Assembly: GCA_002796135.1 (NCBI GenBank) | Contig: PCWB01000055.1 | Location: 22,109 to 86,108 of the forward strand | Length of the DNA stretch: 64,000 nucleotides | Reading direction: 5' to 3' | From: Candidatus Omnitrophica bacterium CG11_big_fil_rev_8_21_14_0_20_41_12 | GTDB taxonomy: Bacteria > Omnitrophota > Gorgyraeia > Gygaellales > Profunditerraquicolaceae | Shown here: one piece after another, positions 8,893 through 20,047 of the stretch | Numbering within the stretch: the stretch's first letter is position 1 | Layout of the letters: every line of letters begins with the position of its first letter | Position numbers and translations under genes: made by a program | The notes under the pieces: generated by a model | Seen by the model: only the letters and a program-made list of their open reading frames with translations | Told to the model about the DNA's origin: nothing | Databases searched by the model: none

Positions 8893-10131
8893 ATGGCAAA
8901 GAAACCGACAATCTATCTGTTAGATGTAACTAACCGGGACGGAGTGCAGACCTCCCGGATCTGCCTTTCCAAGCTGCAGAAAACCATGATCAACTGGTAT
9001 CTTGATCAGATGGGTATCTTTCAGTCTGAGTTCGGGTTTCCGCTTACTCATCATGAAACTAATTATCTCAACGCCAACCTTGAATTGGTTAAATTAAAAG
9101 CATTTTCGCGGATTAGGCTGAGCGGTTGGCTGCGCGCCACAAAAGGTGATGTGAAAACTGCGTTTAAGCTGGTTCCGGATTTGAAATACCTGAATCTTTC
9201 TATCTCTACCAGCGATCAGATGATACTTCATAAATTCAAAGGTAAACTTGATCATCAGTCGGTAATTAAGGAAATGCAAGAGGCTACGCATGAGGCTATA
9301 AAATTAGGGGTAGAATCCGTGGGGGTAAACGCGGAAGATGCCTCGCGTACGAATTTAGATTATTTAATCGAATTTGCCCTTAAGGCAAAAGAAGCAGGTG
9401 CTAAAAGAATCCGCTACTGCGATACTTTAGGATGCGATACTCCTTTTAGTATTTATGAAAGGATAAAATTGCTAGCTGAAGCAGTAAAATTACCTATTGA
9501 AGTACACTGCCATAATGATTTGGGCCTGGTGATCGCTAATTCCGTTGCCGGGGCAAAAGCGGCAAGTGATGCCGGAGTAGATTCCTATATTAATACCTGC
9601 GTAAACGGCATGGGTGAACGGGCAGGGAATGCGGATTTAGTTTCCGTAATATTGGCAATTAAATACGGCCAGGGGATGCAAGGGTATCAATTGGACCAGG
9701 ATTTAAACTTAAAGATGGCTTGGAAGATCTGTAAATATGCCTCATATGCTTTCGGAGTGCCGATTCCCATAAATCAGCCGGGTATTGGGGCAAATGCTTT
9801 TGCCCATGAATCCGGGATCCATGCCGACGGAGCGCTCAAGGACCGGCGCAATTATGAGCTTTATGATTATGAAGGATTAGGCCGCGGAGAACCTGAAATT
9901 ATCGAAACCGGCAGAAATATTACTGCCGGTGAATATTCCGGGATCAAAGGTTTCCGCAATGTTTATGAAAAATTAGAGGTGGTTTTTAAAGATGATCAGG
10001 AGGCTACGAAAATTTTAGAGCTGGTTAGATATGCCAATGTGCATAATCAGAAACCTCTGGTTGACGATGAGTTGAATTTTATCGCTAAATATCCGGATAT
10101 TGCGCATAAGATATTTACCATGACACCGTAA
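8893..10131 (+). CDS. DRE-TIM metallolyase (homocitrate synthase-like), probably Re-citrate synthase
   Basis: DVTNRDGVQT, HCHNDLG, NGMGERAGNA, AHESGIHADG; resembles the Dehalococcoides Re-citrate synthase type (recognition from memory). Confidence 0.75.
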   Translation: MAKKPTIYLLDVTNRDGVQTSRICLSKLQKTMINWYLDQMGIFQSEFGFPLTHHETNYLNANLELVKLKAFSRIRLSGWLRATKGDVKTAFKLVPDLKYLNLSISTSDQMILHKFKGKLDHQSVIKEMQEATHEAIKLGVESVGVNAEDASRTNLDYLIEFALKAKEAGAKRIRYCDTLGCDTPFSIYERIKLLAEAVKLPIEVHCHNDLGLVIANSVAGAKAASDAGVDSYINTCVNGMGERAGNADLVSVILAIKYGQGMQGYQLDQDLNLKMAWKICKYASYAFGVPIPINQPGIGANAFAHESGIHADGALKDRRNYELYDYEGLGRGEPEIIETGRNITAGEYSGIKGFRNVYEKLEVVFKDDQEATKILELVRYANVHNQKPLVDDELNFIAKYPDIAHKIFTMTP

Positions 10132-11409
<1,278 letters not shown>

Positions 11410-11429
11410 GTACTTGCAGGACAAAACAC

Positions 11430-11458
11430 TTGACTAAGAAAATCAGGTATGTTATATT
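11430..11458 (+). promoter_or_regulatory. Sigma70-type promoter
   Basis: TTGACT (11430-35), 17-bp spacer, TGn-TATATT (11453-58), upstream of the OmpA/MotB gene. Confidence 0.6.
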
Positions 11459-11501
11459 GATATTTCAAATAAAACAGGTTACCCAGCCAAGGAGAGGACA
11501 G

Positions 11502-12149
11502 ATGAAAAACCATTTTTTTAAAACCGCTTTAATTTTATTCTTAATTTTTAGCTTAGCCGGTTGTACTTTTATTTTTCAAAAAGGCAGGCGTTCCGATGCT
11601 CAAAGGATCGATGAATTGACTGCTCAACTGGATGAGCTTTCCCGCTCCAAGAGCTTACTTGAACAGAAGCTTGGCCGGGAGATAAACGATAAGCAGATCA
11701 AGCTCCAGATGATGGAAAAAGGCCTGGTGATCACCGTGGTCGGAGATCTTTTGTTTGATTCCGGAAAAGCCAAAATTAAGTCCGAGGCTTATCCCTTATT
11801 GGATAAAGTCTCCTCGGTATTAAAAGATAATATGGTGCAATTTAATGTAGGTATTGAAGGCCATACGGATAATGTTCCGATTACGCGTTCAAACTGGAAG
11901 TCGAATTGGGAGCTTTCTAGCGCCAGGGCATTGAGCGTTGTGCATTATTTAGCTACAGATCAGGGTATCTCTCCTGAGCGTCTTTCTGCAATTGGTTATG
12001 GCGAGTATCAGCCGGTTGCTTCTAATGAGACTAAAGATGGCCGTAAGCAGAATCGCAGGGTTGAGATTGTTATATTACCGAATGTTAAAAAAGTTAAAGG
12101 AAATTCTGCCGCCTCCTCTGAATCGGATTTTGAGGGAAATCTTAAATAA
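11502..12149 (+). CDS. OmpA/MotB-family peptidoglycan-binding lipoprotein with coiled coil
   Basis: SD GGAGAGG then ATG 11502; lipobox LAGC; LFDSGKA, IEGHTDN, NWELSSARA, NRRVEI. Confidence 0.88.
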   Translation: MKNHFFKTALILFLIFSLAGCTFIFQKGRRSDAQRIDELTAQLDELSRSKSLLEQKLGREINDKQIKLQMMEKGLVITVVGDLLFDSGKAKIKSEAYPLLDKVSSVLKDNMVQFNVGIEGHTDNVPITRSNWKSNWELSSARALSVVHYLATDQGISPERLSAIGYGEYQPVASNETKDGRKQNRRVEIVILPNVKKVKGNSAASSESDFEGNLK

Positions 12150-12151
12150 GC

Positions 12152-12547
12152 ATGGAATTTAAGATGGGTGAGGCTTTAAAAAATCGTCTGGTAATAATTT
12201 TAGCGGTATTAACGGCAGTGTTTTTTTTCGGAACACTTAGTTCTTGTAATGGGGCGCTGCGTCAGAAAAAAGCCCGTGAGCAAGAAATGGCTTCACGGCT
12301 TGCTCTTGAAGAAAGTATGAGTAAGTTTTCCCAGGAGAAGTCAGCTTTAGAAGAAAAAGCTAAGGCTAAGGAAAAAGAGGCGCAGGAATTAAATGATGAG
12401 CTTGAGGCGGCCAAGAAAACTATAATTCAGAATCAGCTAGTTAACCAGAGCCTTAAGGAGGAGTTGCAAAAAGAAAGCAAACTCAAAGAAGCTCTGGAAG
12501 AGAATTTAAAGAAAGCTGTGGCAGAATCAAAGAAATTTAAAAAATGA
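12152..12547 (+). CDS. Hypothetical membrane-anchored coiled-coil protein
   Basis: N-terminal hydrophobic segment ending in SSC, then long E/K-rich heptads. Confidence 0.7.
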   Translation: MEFKMGEALKNRLVIILAVLTAVFFFGTLSSCNGALRQKKAREQEMASRLALEESMSKFSQEKSALEEKAKAKEKEAQELNDELEAAKKTIIQNQLVNQSLKEELQKESKLKEALEENLKKAVAESKKFKK

Positions 12548-12590
12548 AATAGAGGGAGGCCACAGAAGAGCATCAAGCGTGTTTTTTTCT

Positions 12591-12616
12591 AAAAGGGGGA
12601 GATTATCCCCTTTTTT
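12591..12616 (+). terminator. Putative intrinsic terminator (possibly bidirectional)
   Basis: AAAAGGGGGA-GATTA-TCCCC-TTTTTT. Confidence 0.55.
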
Positions 12617-12638
12617 ATTGGAAAGGGGGGCAGGGAGA

Positions 12639-13613
12639 ATGAAGAGAATATTTAAGAAATCTAAAGAAGCGCTGAGCAAGGTTATCTCTAAAGTAAATTC
12701 CAAATTAAAATTAAAGAAAAAATTAAAACCTGCAAAAGCCGTAACTGCCGATGCACAAAAAGATGCTTTCGGGTTTCAAGAAACAGCGATTGCCAATACA
12801 AAGTTTTTCCATGCGCAGAATGTTTCGCCTGATCGTTCTATGCCGCAGGAGCTTCTTTCTTCTTATGATGTGGATAAAATTGTTTTGCAAGTTCGTGACC
12901 CTCATTGGCTGCATGCATATTGGGAGGTTAGAAACCAAACTACGGAGAGATTAAGGGTTAATTTGGGTGATCGGTTTCATGGAGCCAGGAGAGTTTTAAG
13001 AGTTTATGATGTCACCAGTATTATATTCAACGGCTCTAACGCTAATCGTTTCTTTGATATTGTAATCAATGATTTTGCCAGTAGCTGGTATATTAATACC
13101 GACGGCCCCGGCCGCTCCTGGTGCGTGGATTTAGGGTTGATGTTAACCGATGGATCCTTTATTACGATAATCCGCTCTAATGTTGTACAGACTCCTCTTG
13201 ATGGCCCGTCATGGATTACGGATGAAGAATGGATGATCCCCGATGATTTGTTTGCCAGGCTTTATGGAATGGGCTTTGGTTTAGGTAAAAGCTCACCGGT
13301 TGGAGGTGCCTGGCAGGAGCGTATAAAACAAGGGCTGTTTAGCTCAGGAATATCCTCCAGTCCGGTAAAAAAAGAGATCAAAGAAAGAAATTTCTGGTTA
13401 AAAGTTGATTGTGAATTAATTGTTTACGGAGCTACCGAACCGGATGCTTCAGTAACTGTACAGGGAGTGCCGGTTAAGTTAAGACAGGACGGTACCTTTA
13501 CCTTGCGTTATTATCTTCCTGACGGAAAACAGGTAATTCCGGTTAAGGCAACATCTGCGGATAAATTGGAAAACCGTACGGTCACCCCAATCGTAATTCG
13601 AGAAACCAAATAA
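12639..13613 (+). CDS. DUF4912-domain protein
   Basis: LQVRDPHWLHAYWEV, LRVYDVT, RSNVVQTP, ELIVYGATEPDA; SD GGGAG then ATG 12639; next to GH57. Confidence 0.8.
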   Translation: MKRIFKKSKEALSKVISKVNSKLKLKKKLKPAKAVTADAQKDAFGFQETAIANTKFFHAQNVSPDRSMPQELLSSYDVDKIVLQVRDPHWLHAYWEVRNQTTERLRVNLGDRFHGARRVLRVYDVTSIIFNGSNANRFFDIVINDFASSWYINTDGPGRSWCVDLGLMLTDGSFITIIRSNVVQTPLDGPSWITDEEWMIPDDLFARLYGMGFGLGKSSPVGGAWQERIKQGLFSSGISSSPVKKEIKERNFWLKVDCELIVYGATEPDASVTVQGVPVKLRQDGTFTLRYYLPDGKQVIPVKATSADKLENRTVTPIVIRETK

Positions 13614-13616
13614 AAT

Positions 13617-15197
13617 ATGACTAAAGGTTACCTTTGTTTAGTTTTACACGGCCATCTGCCTTTCGTGCGCCATCCGGAGCATGAAAATTTTTTGGAGGAG
13701 GATTGGCTTTATGAAGCAATCACCGAAACCTATGTGCCGCTGCTTTCTGTTTTTGAGGGCCTGGTTAATGACGGGATAGATTTTCGTATTACCATGACCT
13801 TAAGCCCGACGCTTATTTCTATGCTTGCGGATCCTCTTTTAGAAGAGCGTTATTTAAAACATATCAATCGGCTTATTGAATTATCTCAGAAAGAAATGGA
13901 AAGGACCAAATGGCACCATGATTTTAGAAGCTTGGCTCAAATGTATTTTGATAGATTTTCACATGCCCGGGATATTTTTCTGAAATATAATTGCAATCTG
14001 GTTTATGCTTTTAAAAAATTTCAGGATTTAGGGAAATTAGAAATAATTACCTGCGGAGCAACTCACGGATTTTTTCCTCTGATGGATGTCTGCCGGGAAT
14101 CGGTACGCGCGCAGGTAAAAGTAGCCGCGGATCATTATGAAAGTGTTTTAGGAAGAAGGCCTAAAGGTATTTGGCTGCCGGAATGCGGTTTTTGTCCCGG
14201 CCATGATGAAATATTAAAAGAAGCCGGAATCAGTTATTTTTTTACTGACTCTCACGGCATTTTGCATGGAACACCGCGTCCTAAATACGGAGTATTTGCT
14301 CCGGTTTATTGTAAAGGCACAGGAGTTGCTGCTTTTGGCCGGGACCTGGAATCTTCAAAACAGGTCTGGTCTTCCATTGAAGGCTATCCCGGTGATTATA
14401 ATTACCGGGAATTTTACCGGGATGTTGGTTTTGATCTGGAGTTTGATTATATCAAGCCTTATATCCATCCCGACGGGGTGCGGATCAATACCGGCATAAA
14501 ATATTATCGTATCACCGGCTCAAATAATCACAAAGAACCCTATGTTCCGGAGTGGGCCAGGGAGAGGGCAGCCGAGCATGCCGGTAATTTTATGTTTAAC
14601 CGTCAGAAGCAAGCGGATTATTTAAATAATCTTATGGGTAAGCCTCCGATTATTGTTTCTCCTTATGATGCCGAACTTTTCGGGCATTGGTGGTATGAAG
14701 GCCCCATATGGCTGGATTTTTTATTCCGTAAAGTTGCCTGCGATCAGCAGTCTATCCGCATGATAACTCCTTCTGAATATTTAGAGCAGAATCCGCGCAA
14801 TCAGGTGATTACTCCGTCGTTTTCCAGCTGGGGTTATAAGGGGTATGCAGAGATGTGGCTGCAGGGGACCAATGACTGGATCTACCGTCACTTGCATGTG
14901 GCTTCCGCCCGGATGACCGAGCTAGTCAAAAGTTTTCCTCATAGCGGAGGCTTGCAGCTGCGGGCATTAAATCAGGCATTGCGTGAGCTGCTTCTGGCGC
15001 AAAGCTCGGATTGGGGTTTTATCTTAGGCACCGGGACCCATACCAGCTATGCAGTCCGCCGGACCAAAGATCATCTTCTAAGGTTTAACCGCCTTTATGA
15101 AGATATTAAATCTAATCATATTGATGAACCGTGGCTCTCGGATATTGAATATAAAGATAACCTCTTTCCTAATATAAATTATCAGCACCATCAGTAA
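13617..15197 (+). CDS. GH57 1,4-alpha-glucan branching enzyme (DUF1957 C-terminus)
   Basis: LHGHLPFVRHP, EAITETY, GIWLPEC, PYDAELFGHWWYEG, LLAQSSDW. Confidence 0.92.
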   Translation: MTKGYLCLVLHGHLPFVRHPEHENFLEEDWLYEAITETYVPLLSVFEGLVNDGIDFRITMTLSPTLISMLADPLLEERYLKHINRLIELSQKEMERTKWHHDFRSLAQMYFDRFSHARDIFLKYNCNLVYAFKKFQDLGKLEIITCGATHGFFPLMDVCRESVRAQVKVAADHYESVLGRRPKGIWLPECGFCPGHDEILKEAGISYFFTDSHGILHGTPRPKYGVFAPVYCKGTGVAAFGRDLESSKQVWSSIEGYPGDYNYREFYRDVGFDLEFDYIKPYIHPDGVRINTGIKYYRITGSNNHKEPYVPEWARERAAEHAGNFMFNRQKQADYLNNLMGKPPIIVSPYDAELFGHWWYEGPIWLDFLFRKVACDQQSIRMITPSEYLEQNPRNQVITPSFSSWGYKGYAEMWLQGTNDWIYRHLHVASARMTELVKSFPHSGGLQLRALNQALRELLLAQSSDWGFILGTGTHTSYAVRRTKDHLLRFNRLYEDIKSNHIDEPWLSDIEYKDNLFPNINYQHHQ

Positions 15198-15204
15198 TCA
15201 GCAG

Positions 15205-15936
15205 ATGCCGGATAATCATAAAATCCCTCAACATGTAGCTTTTATTATGGATGGTAACGGGCGCTGGGCCAAGGAAAGAGGCCGGGCGCGTACCGCCGGG
15301 CATAAAGAGGGTATTGAGAGGGTTAGGGAGATTATCCGGGGCGCTTATGACCTGGGGATACGCACGGTCACTTTTTTTGCTTTTTCCACCGAGAACTGGA
15401 GCAGGCCTAAAAGCGAAGTCTCTGTTTTAATGCGTTATCTGGATAATTTTTTGTCAGGCGAGATCGGCCAGCTGCATAAAAATAATATCCGTTTTTTAGT
15501 TATTGGCCGTAAGGATCCGATCCCTAAATATCTGCAGTTAAAAATAAAGAAGGCGCAGGAGAAGACTAAAGGCAATACCGGTTTAAATTTTGTTTTGGCT
15601 TTAAATTACGGAGGCAGGCAGGAAATTGTCGATGGTGCCCGGGAATTCGCCAAGGATGTATCAGCAGGCAGAATTGAGCCGCAGAGCCTGAATGAAGAAA
15701 AATTCAGCCGTTACCTTTATACTGCTGATATCGGGGATCCGGATCTACTGATCCGCACCAGCAATGAGATGCGCATCAGTAATTTCCTGCTTTGGCAGCT
15801 TTCTTACGCTGAATTTTATTTTACGCCTATTTACTGGCCGGATTTCGGAATAAATGAATTAAAAGAAGCAATCTGCGAATATCAAAAACGTAAACGAAGA
15901 TTCGGAGGCCTAGATGTTGATCAAAAGAATAATTAG
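15205..15936 (+). CDS. uppS: Undecaprenyl diphosphate synthase
   Basis: HVAFIMDGNGRWA, FSTENWSRP, NYGGRQE, DLLIRTS, RISNFLLWQ. Confidence 0.97.
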   Translation: MPDNHKIPQHVAFIMDGNGRWAKERGRARTAGHKEGIERVREIIRGAYDLGIRTVTFFAFSTENWSRPKSEVSVLMRYLDNFLSGEIGQLHKNNIRFLVIGRKDPIPKYLQLKIKKAQEKTKGNTGLNFVLALNYGGRQEIVDGAREFAKDVSAGRIEPQSLNEEKFSRYLYTADIGDPDLLIRTSNEMRISNFLLWQLSYAEFYFTPIYWPDFGINELKEAICEYQKRKRRFGGLDVDQKNN

Positions 15937-16708
15937 CGCCACAGTGCTCATCGGCATTATAGCAGGGGTGATTTTCCTAGATTGGCTATGTGCGCTGATG
16001 GCCACACTTTTTATCATCGGCGGGCTTTATGAATATTTTGTGATGATTGAAAATAAGGGGATCAAGATCTATAAATATTTCGGAATCGGAATGGGCACGA
16101 TTATTCCTTTGTCGATTATGTTGCGGTTTGAGCCGACAAAAAACTGGGAGCTGCTTTTTATTGTTTTGGCTTTATTTTTTCTTATCCTTATGCAGTTTAA
16201 GCGGCGGGATAACCAGGGAGTAATTGTAGATATCTCTACCACGCTTTTCGGTATCCTTTATGTTTCCTGGTTTTTTAGTTTTATTATTAAAATAAGGTAT
16301 TTACCCGGCGGCCTAGGGTATCTTGTGGCCCTGTTGTTGATTACTAAATTGGGGGATATCGGAGCTTTTTTAATCGGAAGCAAATGGGGCAAGCACCCCT
16401 TGCTTCTGCGGATCAGCCCGAAGAAAACGCTGGAAGGTTCAATTGGCGGTTTGCTGTTTAGCATTTTAGGGGCGTTTTTCTGCAAATCTTTTTTGCCTTT
16501 TAGTTATATCCAGTTGTTGATGATTGCAATCGGTTTATCTATACTTGGGCAATTAGGGGATCTTTCAGAGTCTTTGCTTAAAAGAGATTGTCAGGTTAAA
16601 GATTCAGGCAGTATTTTCCCGGGCATGGGAGGCGTATTAGATGAGATCGACAGCCTTTTATTTTCTGCCCCGGTATTTTATTTTTATTTGAGCTCGATTA
16701 TAAAATAA
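15914..16708 (+). CDS. cdsA: Phosphatidate cytidylyltransferase
   Basis: Multi-TM; ISPKKTLEG, GDLSESLLKR...KDSG...PGMGGVLD. Confidence 0.95.
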   Translation: MLIKRIISATVLIGIIAGVIFLDWLCALMATLFIIGGLYEYFVMIENKGIKIYKYFGIGMGTIIPLSIMLRFEPTKNWELLFIVLALFFLILMQFKRRDNQGVIVDISTTLFGILYVSWFFSFIIKIRYLPGGLGYLVALLLITKLGDIGAFLIGSKWGKHPLLLRISPKKTLEGSIGGLLFSILGAFFCKSFLPFSYIQLLMIAIGLSILGQLGDLSESLLKRDCQVKDSGSIFPGMGGVLDEIDSLLFSAPVFYFYLSSIIK

Positions 16709-17862
16709 TGAAAAGAATTGCGGTTTTAGGTTCCAGTGGTTCAATTGGCCAAAGTACGCTTGCGGTAGCCAGGAGTATGCCCAGGCAGTTTAAGGTTGTA
16801 GCTCTAAGTGTTAATTCAGATATTGTTACCTTAAAGCAGCAGATCAAAGAGTTTAAACCGCGGTTGGTATGTGTAAGAGATAGTTGTGCAGCTTTTAAGC
16901 TAAAAGCCGATATTGGGTCTTTGACAAAAGTGCTTTCTGGCGATGAAGGCCTGGATGAATTGGTCAAAGATAAGGAAATTCAGCAGATAATGTTTGCGAT
17001 TAGCGGTTCAGCTGCGCTCGGTCCATTGATTAGCGCGATTAAGGCGGGCAAAGATATTGCCTTAGCGAATAAAGAAGCCTTGGTTATGGCCGGGCCGATT
17101 GTTATGCGTTTGGCCAAGAAATATAAAGTTAATATTTTACCGGTTGACAGCGAGCAGTCGGCGATCTGGCAGAGCTTGGGGGGGTTGGATGCGCATAATG
17201 TCAGGCAGGTATATTTGACTGCCTCCGGCGGCCCTTTAAGGAAATTAGCCGTTAATAAATTTAAAGATGTAACCATCGCCAGAGTATTGCGGCATCCCCG
17301 CTGGAAGATGGGCAAAAAAATTACGGTAGATTCGGCAACTCTGATGAACAAGGGCTTGGAGTTGCTGGAGGCAATGTTCTTATTTAATTTGGAAGCGGGA
17401 AAAATAAAAATATTAATTCATCCGGAGGCTTTGATCCATTCTATGGTTGAATTTAATGACGGAGTGACAATGGCGCAACTTTCGGTTACGGATATGCGCA
17501 TTCCTATTCAATACGCCTTATCCTTTCCTGAGCGTCTGAGCTGTAAACTCGGAGGAGTTGATTTCTACCGTTTAGGCAAGCTTCATTTTGAAAAACCTGA
17601 TTTAAAAAAATTTCCTTGTCTTAGGTTGGCAAATCAGGCAGCACAGGAATTGGGTTCGATGCCTGCGGTATTGAATGCGGCCAATGAAGAAAGCGTAAAC
17701 TTTTTTTTAAACGGAAAAATAAATTTTTTAACGATTCCTAAAATTGTGGAAAAGGTAATGCGCGCTCACGCCAAAATCACTAACCCGGGGCTGGCGGATA
17801 TTTTCGCTTGCGACCGCTGGGCTAGGGAAGAAGCCAAACGTGGGGCTTGGAGGATTAATTAA
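16708..17862 (+). CDS. dxr: 1-deoxy-D-xylulose 5-phosphate reductoisomerase
   Basis: LGSSGSIG, LANKEALV, PVDSEQSA, TASGGP, WKMGKKITVDSATLMNKGLE. Confidence 0.97.
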   Translation: MKRIAVLGSSGSIGQSTLAVARSMPRQFKVVALSVNSDIVTLKQQIKEFKPRLVCVRDSCAAFKLKADIGSLTKVLSGDEGLDELVKDKEIQQIMFAISGSAALGPLISAIKAGKDIALANKEALVMAGPIVMRLAKKYKVNILPVDSEQSAIWQSLGGLDAHNVRQVYLTASGGPLRKLAVNKFKDVTIARVLRHPRWKMGKKITVDSATLMNKGLELLEAMFLFNLEAGKIKILIHPEALIHSMVEFNDGVTMAQLSVTDMRIPIQYALSFPERLSCKLGGVDFYRLGKLHFEKPDLKKFPCLRLANQAAQELGSMPAVLNAANEESVNFFLNGKINFLTIPKIVEKVMRAHAKITNPGLADIFACDRWAREEAKRGAWRIN

Positions 17863-17865
17863 AAT

Positions 17866-18948
17866 ATGATTGCTATAATTATTTTTGTCTTAATTTTAAG
17901 TTTACTGATTATCGTACATGAGTTCGGCCATTTTATCGCTGCCCGTAAGAACGGAGTGCGCGTTGAACAATTCTCGCTAGGTTTCGGGCCGCAGATTTTA
18001 AAGAAGAAAAAGGGGGATACGGAGTATAGCTTAAGCCTCATTCCTTTAGGCGGCTATGTTAAGATGGCCGGAGACAGTCAGGCAGAATATAAAGGCTTGC
18101 CTGATGAATATCTATCTAAACCATGCGGCAGGCGGTTTCAGATTATTTTTTTCGGCCCGCTGCTAAATTATATCCTCGGGTTTTTATTTTTTTGGCTGAT
18201 CCTTTTTATCGGTTATCCAAGCTTGACTTCTAAAGTCGGTGGCTTAATGGATGGTTACGGAGCCAAAGACGCAGGTTTACAGGTCGGTGATTCTATTGTT
18301 GCCGTAGATGGGAATAAGGTTAATTTTTGGGAAGAGCTACAGCGTCAGATCCGCGAAAGAAAAATAAAGTCAAGCGTTGACCTGGATGTTTTGCGCGACG
18401 CTAAAGTATTGAAATTTAAAGTTCTGATTAAGGAAAAGGTTGTGGATAGTCAATTGGGGGAGAAGCGCGCTTTAGGGATTATCGGTATTTCTCCCTTTGA
18501 TGAAGTCGTTGAAGTCAGGCACGGTTTTTTTGAGTCGGCATTGCTCGGAGCCCGTAAAACTATTAATCTGACGGTTATGACTTATAAGGGGTTATGGATG
18601 CTGGCCAGCGGAAAGATGTCGATGCGCGATTCGATGACCGGGCCGTTGGGGATATTTTTTATTACTTCGAATGCGGCAAAGCTGGGATTAATTGCGGTGC
18701 TGCATTTGATTGCCGTATTAAGTGTAAGTTTAGCGATCTTTAATCTTCTGCCGCTGCCGATTTTAGACGGCGGGCACCTGTTTTTGTTGGGGTTGGAAAA
18801 ATTAAGAAAAAAAGCCTTAGGCATTAAGGCAGAGGAAGTAATTAATAATATCGGCTTTACGCTGATTATTAGCCTGGCTTTATTTGTTACTTACAATGAT
18901 ATCGTCAGGCTTTACGGGGATAAAATTTCAAAATTAGTATCCAAGTAA
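17866..18948 (+). CDS. rseP: Site-2 intramembrane metalloprotease with PDZ domain
   Basis: HEFGH, IPLGGYVKM, NLLPLPILDGG. Confidence 0.95.
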   Translation: MIAIIIFVLILSLLIIVHEFGHFIAARKNGVRVEQFSLGFGPQILKKKKGDTEYSLSLIPLGGYVKMAGDSQAEYKGLPDEYLSKPCGRRFQIIFFGPLLNYILGFLFFWLILFIGYPSLTSKVGGLMDGYGAKDAGLQVGDSIVAVDGNKVNFWEELQRQIRERKIKSSVDLDVLRDAKVLKFKVLIKEKVVDSQLGEKRALGIIGISPFDEVVEVRHGFFESALLGARKTINLTVMTYKGLWMLASGKMSMRDSMTGPLGIFFITSNAAKLGLIAVLHLIAVLSVSLAIFNLLPLPILDGGHLFLLGLEKLRKKALGIKAEEVINNIGFTLIISLALFVTYNDIVRLYGDKISKLVSK

Positions 18949-18949
18949 T

Positions 18950-20047
18950 ATGGAAATCAAAAGAAGAAAATCTAAAATTATAAAAATCGGTAAAGTCTCA
19001 ATCGGGGGGCTAAATCCTATCGCGATTCAGTCGATGACGAAGATTAAAACCTCTGATGTTGAGCGCACTGTGCGTCAGATTAAACAGTTGGAGTCAGCAG
19101 GTTGTCAGATTGTACGTCTGGCGGTTAAAGATTTCTCCGACGCAGCGGCTTTAAAGCAGATTAAGACTAAAACCAGGATTCCTTTAGTGGCGGATATCCA
19201 TTTCGATTACCGTCTGGCTATTTCCGCTATTGAAAATGGGGCTGATAAAATCAGATTAAATCCCGGGAATATCGATAAACCTAAACAGATCGAGGCGGTT
19301 ATTTGCGCGTTAAAGTCCGCAGGTATTCCTTTACGTATCGGATTAAATAGCGGTTCGCTAAAGGATTTGGGAAATAGAAAATCCTCAATAACTGATAAAT
19401 TGGTTGCTTCTTGCATGAATTACGTCCGGAAGATCGAGAAGCTTAAATTTGATAAAATAGTAATTTCGCTTAAAGCTAATAATGTTTTAGATACAGTTGA
19501 GGCGTATCGTTTGATGGCTAAGGCCTGCAGTTACCCTTTGCATCTAGGAGTTACTGCAACCGGATCCCCTTATAACGGGATTATTAAATCGAGCATTGCC
19601 TTGGGGGCTTTGCTATTGGAGGGAATTGGTGATACAATGAGGGTGTCTCTTACCGATAATCCGGTAGAGGAGGTAAGGGCAGCCGAGTGTATTTTGGAAT
19701 CTTTAGGCAAATCTCACCCGGCAGTCGGAGTAATCAGTTGTCCTACTTGCGGACGCTGCGAAGTAGATTTAATCAACGTGGTTAAAGAATTAGAAGCTAA
19801 ATTGGCCGGTGAAAAGTATAAACAAACCGGAGATTCTCTGAAAGTAGCGGTAATGGGATGTGTAGTTAACGGCCCGGGGGAAGCAAAAGAGGCTGATTTA
19901 GGGATAGCTTTTGGAAAAAACCACGGAATTTTATTTTCACGCGGTAAAATTGTTAAAAAGATATCGGTAAAAGATTCGGCGCGGGTTTTGTTAGAGGAGA
20001 TTAAAGCAAGGAGAAAAAAACATGGCTCAACAATCGCTAAAAAATAG
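18950..20047 (+). CDS. ispG: HMBPP synthase
   Basis: IQSMT, VADIHFDY, RLNPGNI, SCPTCGRC, VMGCVVNGPGEA. Confidence 0.97.
   Translation: MEIKRRKSKIIKIGKVSIGGLNPIAIQSMTKIKTSDVERTVRQIKQLESAGCQIVRLAVKDFSDAAALKQIKTKTRIPLVADIHFDYRLAISAIENGADKIRLNPGNIDKPKQIEAVICALKSAGIPLRIGLNSGSLKDLGNRKSSITDKLVASCMNYVRKIEKLKFDKIVISLKANNVLDTVEAYRLMAKACSYPLHLGVTATGSPYNGIIKSSIALGALLLEGIGDTMRVSLTDNPVEEVRAAECILESLGKSHPAVGVISCPTCGRCEVDLINVVKELEAKLAGEKYKQTGDSLKVAVMGCVVNGPGEAKEADLGIAFGKNHGILFSRGKIVKKISVKDSARVLLEEIKARRKKHGSTIAKK

Noticed and set aside
11430-11501. Longer N-termini from the ORF track (11430; likewise 12579, 23679, 36709, 38463, 40093, 53454, 54790)
   Set aside because: They overlap promoters or upstream genes; downstream starts have SD sequences or match family N-termini
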